NCBI GenBank assembly: GCA_037305845.1
Contig: CP147778.1
Location: 2,688,001 to 2,752,000 of the forward strand
Length of the DNA: 64,000 nt
Source of the DNA: Candidatus Freyarchaeum deiterrae
GTDB lineage: Archaea > Asgardarchaeota > Jordiarchaeia > Jordiarchaeales > Jordiarchaeaceae
Direction: 5' to 3'
Both the position numbers and the translations under genes were made by a program. Under the pieces are notes generated by a model that saw only the letters and a list, made by a program, of their open reading frames with translations, made no database searches and had not been told where the DNA came from. How positions within the stretch are numbered: the first letter of the stretch is position 1; each line of letters opens with the position of its first letter. This document shows positions 9,529-23,000 of the stretch, in pieces.

Positions 9529-10131
9529 TTGCTCAGCACCATGAAAATGGTGGAAAGATGGGCAGCAGCCACCATAGCACTGCTCGCGGTAAGCATCATC
9601 ACGCTAGCCTACCACTCAACAAAGGTATACTGGTACACCAGCCTAACACTACTGCTGACGCTGGGACCCACGCCCACGGGAATCCTCAGCCTCGCAGTCC
9701 TTAGCGCCTACCCCGCAGAGTTCAGCATAGGGATAAACGCAGGCGTCTTCGCAGGCTTCTGGTACAAACTCTTACTGGACCTAGCCTACCTAGCACCCGT
9801 AGGAGCAGCCCTCTTCACAAGCCTGGTCACTACCCTGTGCTACTCCCTGAGAGAATTTCCGGGCTGCGAAACACCCGACGGCGTAACGGAGAGAATAAGC
9901 CAAATAGCGACTCTGGGCGAAGACCGAGACCAGGTGGAAGTAGCCCTCGCCCTGATCATATTACCATGCATACTAATGAGCGTCCAAACCTACGTCTACA
10001 TCCTAACACCGGTCACAAATCCCCTAAACCTCTTAATCCTAATCATAGTCCTCACACTAAACCTGCTGACCACGTACAATTTCGGCACAAGCATAGGACG
10101 CATCACACAACAGGAAGAAGTGATACGCTAA
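9529..10131 (+). CDS. Hypothetical polytopic membrane protein (about 5-6 TM)
   Basis: GGAGGTG RBS before the TTG start; several 20-residue hydrophobic stretches. Confidence 0.7.
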   Translation: MLSTMKMVERWAAATIALLAVSIITLAYHSTKVYWYTSLTLLLTLGPTPTGILSLAVLSAYPAEFSIGINAGVFAGFWYKLLLDLAYLAPVGAALFTSLVTTLCYSLREFPGCETPDGVTERISQIATLGEDRDQVEVALALIILPCILMSVQTYVYILTPVTNPLNLLILIIVLTLNLLTTYNFGTSIGRITQQEEVIR

Positions 10132-10818
10132 AAAAGTGGATTTGCAATGAAGACGAGAAAAAGAACATGGCAAGGTGTTTAACCACCAAACTCTCCCTAA
10201 GAAACCTGCACAAAACCATAATCATAAAAATAAGATGGGTCAGAAGTATGCGGGGGCAATAAATACCATCATAACAAGAAAACTAAAAAGGATGCTGAGG
10301 CCCAAGCCCTCCAAGGACTTGTTTCAGTCTAGTCTTGGAGATACCCTGTCGACGCGCTCGCTTGGTGCCTCAGCGACCAATTCTTCTAGAAACTCTCTAG
10401 AGATTTGCTCGGTTCAAAATTTTGAGCCGTGCTAAGCGTTAACTGTTTTTCTTATGGTCTGCAATCGCTTCCCGTTTCAGCATCTCTAAGAGTTAGCCTT
10501 CACCGAAATTAAATAAATCTTCCGATTTTTCGACAACTCTTAACTCATATCTGAGAGTGAAAAATACTCACTATACACTCCTAAAACCCGTTTGAACTTT
10601 TCCAACATGGCTCTTTTCGGTCTCTCTTGAAGAATTGAACTCCTTGAAGAATTCAGTTAGGGAAGAAATACTTCTCCACCACTTTAAACCGAACCTATCA
10701 TATAATCATCCGAAAATGGTCTCTCTAAATTATTTTTTCTAAGATTTTTTTACGGTTTAGATTCAATTGAAATAATGAAGACATTTGCTATACGCAATAA
10801 GCCCCTTAAACCAAAAAA

Positions 10819-10832
10819 TTTATAAATATATA
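10819..10832 (+). promoter_or_regulatory. Candidate BRE/TATA box for the giant ORF
   Basis: TTTATAAATATATA preceded by an A-rich BRE-like stretch, about 150-230 bp upstream of the candidate starts. Confidence 0.4.
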
Positions 10833-11048
10833 CAAAGAAAAATAGGGACGATGCGTCGACAGGGGAAAAGAAGCGGATTAACTATCATGCCATGTGCCGT
10901 AAGGCACAAAAACCAACTCAAATCAAAATCCTGCTTAAATAAATGCGAGGAGCTTAGTTGAAGAGGCTGGATGAATAATGAATGTGCCCCAGCAGGGATA
11001 TCGGGTTAACAATCATGGGAGGATGTTACCATAGGGTTCCTAACCTTC

Positions 11049-14000
11049 GTGTTCTTCTGCGCTCTCTTCATAGGAGCGGACGTCCAACAGATGCAAGCCG
11101 TCCAACAGATAATGGATAACATCTACCAGTACGTGAATATGCCCGATATGCAGCAGGCGGAAAGAGATGGAAACATCGCCCAATGCCTTAACACATTCTT
11201 CCAAGGAGGAGCAATAGGACTATACGAAGGGGGATGGCCCTGGGGGCATGGTTACGTAGCCGACGTATGGGGTCCCGATTGGGAAAAGCCGAAACCAGGC
11301 CATGTCTACGTTTACAACGACACCAGCTACGTCGGAGGCAGAAGAACCCTCTACTTCGAAATAATAAGTTATCCGTACTACGACGTGAACAGCCTCCCCG
11401 ACGGCTTGTTGCGTGAACTGTGCGGTAACTACTCAGACCCCTTAGCCAAACCTGATCCGTTGGTAATCTATCACCGGTACAATGATGAAAAGGTTCCCTG
11501 GGCTGGCGACCAAACCTCACTCTCCACATTTATGGGAAGAATGCTTCTGCTCTCCAAGCTCAGGCACATAGACTACAGTAACCCCGTAAATCTGGCGGAG
11601 CAGTGGTCTAATTATCTGGATAGGTATCAGTTCGATTTTAATGATCTGGACTACATATACCGGAACTTTCCGCTGGTACTGCAGAATCCTTGGTTATGGC
11701 TCCAGAGCGGCTCCAGTCTGAACAGTTTAATGGAGCTTGTAGGCTCCGGTGTAAATCTGAACAACTTCAGCTTCGTGTCTGGAGACAACCCACTATACAA
11801 TTTCTTATGCTCCGTTTGGGGGGCGGAGCAACTGTACTCCCTCTGGGAGGCTAATTTTAACCAAACCGATGCTTGGCAGCTGGTACGCTTTGGTAACGAC
11901 ACTTTCGTGCCCTTGCCCTACTTAGTATCATATACCCATGTTTTGGATGAGATGGGGGTTCTTAGCCCGTTTGGTGGGATGGACTCGGATTCTGAAATCT
12001 ATGGGACAGACAGCAACTGGAACCTTACTCGGAATGGGAACGCTTCCCTGTACAGTTACGAGTTCACTCTGAGCAGTATTTTCAACTCTCTAGCAAACAG
12101 CACCCTCATCTCGGATTGTAGCAATGACTCGGAGTGGAATGCAACCGGGCAAAACGTTACCCTCTCAACCGATGGCTACAGCATAATAGTTAACGTAACG
12201 GGAAAATCCTCAAACACCACCACCCTCAGCTACCGTTTAAACCAGCCCTTAAATCTGTCCAATTACCAATCTCTGCTCCTCTGGTTCAACGTGAACGCCA
12301 CCCGAAGCAACTTCACAACCCTAAAAATAACCCTATACGACCAGCAAGGAAACTGGAAAACGTACTCCAATTGGACTTATAACACATCTCAGAGATGGGA
12401 GCGACTCACACTGGACTTGGATGAGCCGGACTCCAAAAATGGAACCTTCGGCAATCTAACCAACATAACGATAACCGCTACCCCCAATCAAAACCTCAAT
12501 TACAGTTTATCAATTGACGATGTGAGAGTTAGTTCCCGTATATTGTGTGAGTGTCTCTGGAACACCGACTGGTCGTATCAGCTCCTCAACGGGACCGGAA
12601 ACCTCACCACCACGGTTTACGGATACCCCTACGTTTACGATTACCCCTACTCCCTCGGCCTAGAATGGAACTTAACCAATGTAAACGGCTCCGCTAAATA
12701 CGTTTACAATCCTCGGGGGAACTGGAGCCTCGACCCCGAGGGCTTCCTAACCTTTATGCTCTACGGGTTTGGGACTGAGCAGCAGAACGCCACCCTAACC
12801 CTGCGTCTGTGCACCGACCAGAACAACTCCTTTAACTACAGTCTGGGAAAAGTCGACTGGTATGGGTGGAGGAAAATCTCCGTCCCCCTGAAGCTGATGA
12901 ACAAGACTGGAAGCGCCAACCTCTCCCGCCTAGATTACCTAGAATTCAAACTGGATAGTATGAGTAACGGAACCGGTAAGCTGGTTGTTAGCGATATTCG
13001 CGTCGAGCCCGCCCAGTGGACTAAAGTAGAATTCGTGGTTCCCGACACTCTGAACAACGCTGACAAAGACAGTTATCCCTTTATAGACCTCTACTGCTGG
13101 AACGGCTCCAAATGGTTAACTGTAGGTCGGTGGGACGCTAACGACTCCAGCGCTAGTGTAGGATACAGCGTTCTCTGGAGCAACCTAACCCTTCTGGACG
13201 GCACCAACGCCAGCAAACTATTCTCCAACCAGAGCCTGTGCCTGTACCCTGTGGGAAACGGTTCCAAAAACCCTTACTCCGGAGCTGCGGGAGCTATAAA
13301 CTACACTACCACTAATAAGAACTCCGCGGGCTTCGCGGTAATGCTTCCACCCCCAGCCTACGGCAACAGGAGCAGCGTCAAGTTCAAGGTGGAGGTACAC
13401 TACAACTCCACGGGGGACGTTATCAACACCAGTAGTTACCCGTTAGCTCTCCTCTATTTCAACTCCACATTCACGAATCTCAGTCTCACCGCTAAGGACT
13501 GCTACGACATCTGGCTGGATCATACCTTTCTGAGCAATTGGACGTATGATAATTGGTCTGTGAACAGCACCCACACCAGCAACGGCGACATACTGGATGT
13601 CTGGACCAAGTACAAGGGCAGCAACGCCAACTACACCTGGTACACAAACCTGTCCAACGTAGTGGACGTAGGGTGTTACCCCAACGTATACCTTGTCGTG
13701 AAAATTACCAGCTACAATAAAACCGACGGCAGTGGCACGAATAAAAACCAGTTGGGAGTGGAAATCTACGATAATGTCAGCAAGGCGTGGAAAATCAGCA
13801 GCACCTACGTCACAGGTAACGCTACCAACTATACCTACGTGTGGCAAATGAATTCCTCCTGGGATGTGGGAAGAGTAGGATTCTTCTTCAATTACCGAAG
13901 CAGCGGCGGGCAGCAGGAGGTCAAAATAGACAGCGTCAAACTGGTAACAGTGCAGAACAGCAGCCAGTACCAGGAAAACCAGTACCCATTATACACGGGG

Positions 14001-17000
14001 AATGGTTCCAGCGTATTGTTCCTGAACCTCAGAACAGCGGCGGGTGCGGGTAAACAGCTTCGGGAGTTCCGAGTTAACGGTGGAAACGTCACCCTGCTGT
14101 CAGCAGTGTTAAGCAGTCTGGGCAACTGGACGGTGGACTCGTTGAACTCCACAGTCTTTGTAGCGGGCGGAGACAGCGTTACCATTCAGGGCTCAAACCA
14201 CATGTACCTGAACTACACTTTCTCTCCCCTGTTGAACATAAATTATAGTAACACCTTCATGGATGTGGTTTACACTTCCTCTTACTCCTATGATGAGAAC
14301 ATCTCAAACCTAACCCTCCGGGTGAAAGTGGATAATAACTGGTTGAACTACACCCTCCCGCCCAACAGTGAGGAATCGCAGAGGTTCCGAATCCCCCTCA
14401 ACGGTTCCAATCTGGGGGCAATCTGCTTTGAGCACAGCACAAACACCAGCGAGGACTGGTTCTCCATTCAGTCCATAAACGTTTTCCATCTCACAAACAT
14501 CACACAGTACTTGCAGACCGCCGTTGGATACTGGAACCAAACCAGTCTCAGCGTCCCCGGCTACTCTCCGAGATTCACTCAGATATTGAATGCCACGGAG
14601 TTGCCCGCGAGTTTATCCGCGTGGGCGTACGTGAACGGAAGCAATAGCAGTTCGCTCACCGTAGAGTTCTTCGATGAGAACGGCACCTTCCTGAAATCGG
14701 ACACGGTATCCGTGAATGGATCCAATTGGCACCCGGTTTGCCTAGTGGACTTTACCCAGCCTGAGAACGCTTCAACTCTGAAGTTTATAGTGGCGGCTGA
14801 TAAACTGGATCACGCTTACCTCTGCCCCTCAATCTTGACCAGCGGTGGAATATATGAGGGTTTCAATAGTCTTAAGGGCTGGACTGCTATAGGCAACGGC
14901 ACAGCGGAGAATAACAGTCAGGGATTAACGGTAACACTAAACAATGGGACTCTAACCCTATGGACCGATGTTTCGGAGCTGGGATTCGACTTTTCAAGTT
15001 TCGACACCATAGCCGCAGCGTACAACATAAGCGACAACGTGAATGCAAGCATAGTTTTTGACTGGCTTCTTGTAGATGCAAACGGAAACCAGACGGATTA
15101 TCAGTCATACGTGAATCTGTCCAAGGATTCAGCGTGCGCCGTTGACTCTATATCCAAATATTATAAGACTTATGCTCCCATACCCTTCCCATTTGAGGAT
15201 TGTGTGGAAAACTTCTCTTACACGAATTTTGATTTGAACCGAATTATGCTCAACTTCTCGGGAACCGGTCAGGCTAACGTATCCTGGGTTCAGACCCAAT
15301 ATATTCCAGATTGGGACTTCATATCGGTAACCGATAACATAACATCAACCCACCTGTACGTTAACTGGCTCACCAAATCCCTAGTGTTCGGAGGCGTCTT
15401 CAACAGCAGTACCATGGGTAAGCCGAACTGGGTGGGGCTTATGCACACCTTCTTAGAGGATGTAAACCTCACAACCAATCCGGTACTGGAAGTGGATTTC
15501 CGAACCCAGAACACCAGCCTCAAACTAGGCTTGGAAGTCTTGGTTTATGATGAGCTGGGCTTTCAATGGGTCTGGAAGCACCTACCAGCCTCAGATGTCA
15601 TTTTCGAGCACCCCGTATACACGCCCGCCTTTGTGAATGTTCCCGATTACCTTCGGTCAAAGGACGGGCGTCTTTACACCTCCCTCCGAGCCATCCGACT
15701 GTACGTGAATGATACTACTGGTAACTATTCAGGACTGGGAAGCATGGAGGTATCAAGCGTTTGGCTGCATCCCGCATGCGGCGCTCCCCTATCGTTCCTA
15801 GTATTGGATGATTTCGAAGCCGACGACCTTTCACGGTGGCAGGAGGAGGCAGGCTGGCTTCTCCCCTACACCGACCTCACCCAGTGGAGCAGCAACCAGA
15901 TAATCTGCGGCGGAAACATAGCATACGGTCCCCCAGGTTGGGAGGACGACAGCTTCCAGACCGGCTGGTACAGCGGATACAACTACTCCTCAAACGGCGA
16001 CGTCCTGACCTGGACCCCCTCCAACTACCCGTTAAACGTCTACAACATCACTGGCGGTACCTCAGACACCGAGGTCGAGTTAAGCACATATCTCAATACT
16101 CGGTGGTTCCGTCAAGGGGACACTCAGATGAGGCTGGGCCGCGAGGACACGACCTGTTGGGTCTACGTACCTCCCTATGCTTATCCTGTGACTGTATATG
16201 TTTACAAGCGATCCTTCGTCCGGTTTCCGCTCTACATCCCCGAGAACGCTATTATAACCAACGCTTGGATAAGCCTCAAGTCTAAGACCAACGAAACCAA
16301 TAGCTTCCCCTGCGCCATAAACCTGCTGGACTCCGGCAACTTTCCAGAATTCACATCCGACCCTTGGGATTGGCCGACATCAGGTGGCGCTGTGGGTTGG
16401 ACCGTGCAAAACACCACTGCGGATTGCTGGTACAACACCTCAAACATTTCATCACTAGTTCAACGCTTCATAAACACGACGGGATACTACCCTGGGAAAT
16501 ACGTGGGATTCAGACTTATGGACAACGATACCGTGGGGGACTGGAAGACTTGGTACACTTACGAGAGCGATCCACAGAACGCCCCAAAGCTCTATGTTTC
16601 CTACACTGTACCACAGAACTACTACATCTCAAAGGAAATCAATGTGGATGTCGGCGAGTATCCCTGCCTCGTTTTCAGAGCCAAGTGTAACGTGGACAAT
16701 AGCACCATCAAGGTGGCGCTGGGAACGCCGGGGGACCGTTACTATTATAAAACTTCCTTCGAACTCAACCAGAACTATCGAACCTTCGCCGTTCCCATAT
16801 CCAACGGCTTCAACGCCACCAGCATCACGGTCTTCTATCCAGAATTTCAAAACGTGAAAGTGGACATAGACTACGTGGGGTTGCTAAGGTCGGTAAGCCT
16901 AGAGGGCACGGTGATGAACAGCTCCCTCTCGGTGAACGGAGGATTCGAAAACGGCGACTTCTACAACTGGACCCTGTCGCAGTGCTACGGGTGCACAGTT

Positions 17001-20000
17001 GAATCCTCTGGGCTGGTTGCTGAGGGGGTTCACGCTGGGAAGATTACCTGCAATGGTGTTGGTCAGTGGCTTTCACGCACTGTGCCTGGTGATAACATAG
17101 TCAAGTTCTCAATCTACAAACCCGGCAGCTTTAACACAAGTAGCAAATACTTCTTCCAACTATACGATGCGGGCTCAGGGAAAAAGATAATTTTCTATCT
17201 GGTGGACTCCTTCGACACGAATGTGAGTTTATACGGGGACAGTAAAAACAAGGCTATCCCATGGTCTCAGAAAAGCGGAACCTATAAAGATTACTACATA
17301 GACCCCCACGCCCTATACAACCTATACTGGAATAATACTGACCCCACCCAGGTTGAGATTAGGTTCGGTGTGGAGGCAAACCAGTCATCATCTTACATGA
17401 TTATTGACGGCTTCGGGGTCTGGGATCGCGGCTCGGGTTTGGCACCAAATAATATTGCGATTGATTCAAGCATGCCTTTGGATAATCATGATTCTCTGAA
17501 GCTCTCGTACTCCTTCCCCAGCGAGAGCACCGACGTCTGTACGTACACCTTCACCATCGATAGAGACTTCAGTCAGGAGAAGTACTTCTCCCTCTGGGTT
17601 TACCGGGACAGCAAGAAGTGGAACAACACTCTAGACATTTGCCTGCGTTGCAAGGACGGTAGCTTCGGCGGCTGGAACATGACCATGAACTGGACGCAGG
17701 ATTGGAAGAAGCTGGTTCTCCCCCTGGACAATTTCACTTACCAGTCTGAATCAGTGGTTTCGGGGCAGTTGGAAAAAATAGTAATCAGTTTGAAAGACCA
17801 GTACGGTTATGTCAAGGAGGACGACTGGATTCTCATAAGCGGTCTGCTCTTCGGACACCAGTACAACTTCACTCTCACCAGTGAGAGCTACAGTGGAAAT
17901 GGAGCGGTGAGAATACAGAACCCGAGCGGAGGCTGGGTAAAGGTATTTGCGTCGGGGAACGAAACGGGCACTATTCCCTTCACCCCCGATGAGCTTCTCT
18001 GCTTCGCGGCTATGCCAAAGGGTGACACTCCCTGGGCGGTCATGGTGGATTTAACTTTAAAGGATGGAAGCACCGCAACCCTCGTCTGGTACCGCGGCAG
18101 TCGCCCCATTCCATCAGAGTATCCTTACGATTACTTAACACAGATTGACTCTAACCCCGACAACTGGAACGAGTATCGCCTGAACCTGTTCGACGCCGTA
18201 AAGAACTACGCCGAGCAGATGGGCAGGGGCGGCTTCCAGAGCATAGATAAGGTCGCATTCCTAGTGGGTCCCGGGGAGGTGGTTTTCGACAGTGTTCTCG
18301 TGAGGAATGTCCCTGAGAACCTAGACACCAGTCCCTTAAGCGTCTTAAGCAGTCCCGTGATATTCTTCTACGATGAGGCTTATCCCTGCAGTTGCGGCGT
18401 GGGAGGAAACGATTGGAGTTTGGTTAACAAGACCTTTACCACACTGGAGGCGGGCCTTAAAAATATGAACATTAGTGTGGTTTGGGCTGATGCTCAAGAG
18501 ACGAGGAAGCTTATGAGCAGCTATCCTCGAAGCCTCCTAGTAATCGCGGGAAGTATTGTGCCCGATACCATCTGCGGAAGGGAGGGATATTCAGTTCTTG
18601 AAAACTTCGTGGAGCGTGGCGGCACTGTTCTATTTCTCAGTGATGATTATGCCCCTGTGAGCGCTGTGGGGCGTGAGGGCTATGAAACACTCTGGCTTAA
18701 TGGTATAGGGTTGGAGTACCTTTTGGACGCCAAGTCTCCGACCACAGAATTATTCAACTATTCAAGCTTGAAGCCTCTGAACATAACTATGGATCCTACA
18801 GAGATGGGGGGTAGTCTCGGGGCTTTGAACCGTTTGAACGCTTCGGGTTTCGCGTGGCTCATACCCTATCTTCGCTATCAAAATCTTTGGGTTGAAACCT
18901 ACTACTATAACTCTTCCGAACAGTTGGGACGGGGAGTGTGTGTACGTCCCCAAGACTCGTTGGGCTACGTGGCGGAGTTCCCTCTGTCCATGGTCTCGGA
19001 AGGGAACGATACCGGTGTGGTCGTGAAGTTTGTATCAGATCACTTTATTAATTTGTGGCTGGACACCTCAGGTTCTAACTTCGACGACTACGAGAGACCC
19101 TTACCCGGGGTCTCCGATGAAAAATTTATGGACTACTATGGAGAGATGAAGGCGGGAAACTGGACATTCACAACTGATATACCGTCTGAAGAATACTACG
19201 CATCCGCAGATTTCTCAGCCTCTTGGCATGTTTACCTTAACACCTCTCTGAGTTCCGATAGAAATGATTCCATAACCGCCACCTATTCGGTGAATCCAAA
19301 CAGCAATATTTCCATATCTGAGTTTCCGTTCTTCACCGCAACTATTCTCACCATAGGCAACTATACCCGTCTCAAGTTGGAAGCAGAAGTTTCGGGACAA
19401 TACTACACACTTTTTGACGATAATGCGTCTGATTGGCGCAAGTACGTCTGGTATCTCCCCAACATTTGCGCGGAGGGCGAATTTCAGGGTATGCGGGTAA
19501 CCATGTATGAGAACTGTTCCGACGGTGCGGGGAACGCGAGCGTCACGCTTACCAATCTGGGAGCTTACACGGTAGCCGTGCCGGAGTACGGTTTCCCAAA
19601 ATCCCTAAATGTGGACTTCCAGAACTCCTCTCTTTATGATTACTTGTTCTCAGGGGACAGTGATTACCCATTCATGGGCTTCAAGTTTAACGACACCAAG
19701 GACAGCGTTTACACTATAACCCGAGAATATCCCCAACCCTATAGTTTCTTGGACTACCCCTACCTTGAGTTCGCCTCATCGGGCACCGAGGGCAACTACA
19801 CGGTGGAGCTGTGGCTTCAGAAGAAGTGCAGCGAGCAGAGCTACGCTTGGTACCTGCTTGACTGCTTCAACGGCTCCGATTCAGGCTCTTCACAAAGGGT
19901 TATGGGATACAACCTCTACGCTAAATTCAACGCTTACTACGAGCAATTCAAGGGTGTAACTGCTGACCTGAAAGGCTGGAAATTGATTTTAAAGGGCAAC

Positions 20001-23000
20001 GCCCAGCAGAACGACTCAAAGAACTGCCTCTTCACACTAAAATACATCGCCCTCACCGATTATTACACCGGTTGGAGAATATACCCCGGAGGAATGAACT
20101 ACAGTGGTGGGCAGGGTTACGGTAACGGAGGAGGAAGCGGTCTTGGCATGGAGCAAGGATTAGGAGCATCAGAAAATAGCAGTCTCAGTCCAAGCGTCAG
20201 CTCGGTGAGTAGTAGTAGCAGTTCGGGGCAGGATTCCCCTGCCATCTCTGAGAGCGTCAAGTCATCTGGAGTGGATGTTTCCGAAATTGTCTCAAAGGAG
20301 GACTACTGCCTGAGCCCCAGCGCCTGGAGCGTATACAATAGCAGCGGGGGAGTAGAAGCCAGAATAGTGTCCGGAGAGTACGTTGAACTCTGGATGAGGC
20401 GGGCGATTGCCGATGACTGGGCGATGTTCCGATACGATCTGGGTGAGGGTGTGAACGTTTCTCAAACCAATTTTCTAGACTTTAAGATGAGAGTGAGACC
20501 TGAGGGTGGACTCAGGCTTGTGGCTTACGTCGAGGTTTCGTCTGGTGGTGGTCTTGTGGAGCTTGGTGAGTACTCGGCTGACGGGGTTTGGATTTCTTGG
20601 AGACTTGATGTTCTTTCTCTGCTGGCGAAGGCGGGTGTTAACAATAGTTTGGTGACAGGGTTGGTGTTCAAGCTGGTGTGTGAGGGCGGCTCTGGCAGAT
20701 ACGACTGCTATGCGGATCTCTCATACCTCAAGTTCTCGGGGTTCGCCTCGTGGCGGGGTGGTCTGTCAACACTGTTCTATAATGATGGTGTCTACTCGGT
20801 TTTCCACTTTGAAAGCCTACGGGGAGCCACAATAATTTACAGTATACCCCCCGACTACCGCGGCTTCAGCCTCACCTTCAATGCCAACTACTTCCTTGAG
20901 AAAACCAGTTGTAAGGGCGTAAATATGTTCTTCTACGACTTCACACAGGGAAGCTGGGTGAATGTATTAACCCTTGACCGAATGGAGTCTTGGGAGAATG
21001 TAAGCGTGGGTGTTGATGGGAACTTTGTGAGAGGTTATGATGGCAGATTCCTGGTGTATTTAGCTCCTCTATACTCCGAGGATATTGATGTGAATCTCAG
21101 ATTGGACTCGGCTGAGGTTGTGGCAACCACCTCTACGCAGAACTACCTTAAGCAGAGCGGCTTATTGACTATGAGTTTGGACGGCACAAGCGGTAGTGGT
21201 GGTGGTTCACTGCCCACAGACTTGGATAAGGTTTTCGATCACTTGGGTGGGGAGGCGGTGTGGTTCGGCGAGGACTACTACCACAGCGGCAGTAGCGTGA
21301 GCGACTGGCTTACTGGTTGGAGTTACCGTAAACCAGTGAGGGTGAATAATAGCGGCTCAGTGAATCTTTACGCTTTTCAGGTTAAGCTGACCCTTCAGGG
21401 AACGAATCCCAGTCAGGTGGGATACGTGGACTTTGGTAAGATTGCTCCCGACGGCAGTGATATCCGGTTTACCGCGGCTGACGGGTTAAACCCTATTAGT
21501 TTTTGGATTGAGAGCTGGAACAACACTAACAAGACTGCCACTGTGTGGATTAAGTGCCCGCTTCTAGGGAATAACTCGGTGACCGTTTACTACATGTACT
21601 ATGGTTTCAAGAATGCGGAGAGCCTGAGCAACGGTGAGGACACCTTCCTGTTCTTCGACGACTTCTCTGGAGACATTCTGAATCCGGGGAAGTGGATTGT
21701 TACGGGAAACGTGACTGTGAACAATGGTGTGGTCACCATAGGCGGGGGCTCCGTTGAGTCGAGGATTGAGAGCACTTACAAGTACGGTAATATGACGATT
21801 GTTCAGTGTCGGGCCCAGGTTTCAGATAACTGGAGTACGCCGACCCAGATAACGAGGAACTACTCTGTAGACGGCTCCGCGTCCGACTCCGAGTTAAAAA
21901 CCACTCCTAGCTTTTTTGGCCCCACTACGTATGAGAATTACTATACTTCGAGCTCAATGAGTCTGGGTTATGACGGCTTTTATACTTTTTACCCTTCTCA
22001 CCGTACCTTTGTTAGATTCAGGCTCGACATTCCTGTGGGTTCAACCATTAGTAACGCCTACATCAGTCTGAAGTCCAGTATCAACGAGAGCACGTCGGGC
22101 AATCAAAGCGATATGTGGTTGCTAAACTATTACAACTGTCCGGACTTCAGCGGCGGCACCCCTCTTCAAGACATGCCTACAGCCGGTAATCCTGTTTACT
22201 GGACTCTGCCGGTTACTTATCAGGACAACTGGTACAACACAGCGGACATTTCAAGCCTCATCCAGAGCTACATAGGTATGGCTAATTATCAGCCGGGTTC
22301 CTGCTACGCGGGTTTCAGAATTGGCGAAGGGACTATGGTATATCCTTTGAAGAGCTGGTACCAGTGTGACAGCAATGCGAGCAATGCGCCCCGTCTTGTG
22401 GTCAGCTATATTCCTCCTCTCAATCAGTCTACTATTAGTGCGGTGGTGTCTCTAAGCGACTATTCAGACCCTGATCCGGGAGATGTTATCACCTTGGGTC
22501 GTGTGGATGGTAACACTTATCCCGGCAAGTGGGTGGGTGTAGTTAGGGATTATCCTCCCTCAAGCTACTATGTGAACAGCACGGGCTGGAGTGCTGACAC
22601 CGACTGGCACGTGTTCCAGGTAGAGTGGAGGGGAGCTAACAGTACCCGATTGTGGCGTGATTCCAGCATTTATGACGGCTTCCTTAATTATAGTAATGTT
22701 CCTGACGGGGATAATCCTCTGCGTGTTATGCATGAGACTAACGCTACCCAGAGGAGCGGCACTAAGCTTTTGGTGGATTACACCTTTGTGAGGAAGTATG
22801 CTCAGGTTGAGCCGACGGTGAGTTACGATTTGGAGCAGCTTCCACCCAGCGTTCCTCCCGCTTCGTCTTCTTATGTTCCTGTGGATCGGTTGAGTGGCTC
22901 GGAGATGGTGCACTTGTACTGGCATATGCTTGCGAATGTTTCGAGTATTGATGATTACTACTTGGAGTTCCGATTGCGGGGTGATGTGGGCGCGGTTTTT

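Noticed and set aside
9102-9602. Phe-rich minus-strand ORFs (9102-9413, 9417-9602) and similar ORFs at 34310-34751 and 49805-50089
   Set aside because: Products of A-rich low-complexity or skewed DNA; no protein-like motifs.
10311-10740. Possible degraded minus-strand gene upstream of the giant ORF
   Set aside because: Only short broken frames (e.g. EQISREFLEELVAEAP) with no recognisable family.
1-11000. CRISPR array near the cas genes
   Set aside because: No regularly spaced 25-40 bp direct repeats were seen in the intergenic regions (5423-5782, 6820-7026, 9020-9528, 10132-11000); any array is probably outside the window.
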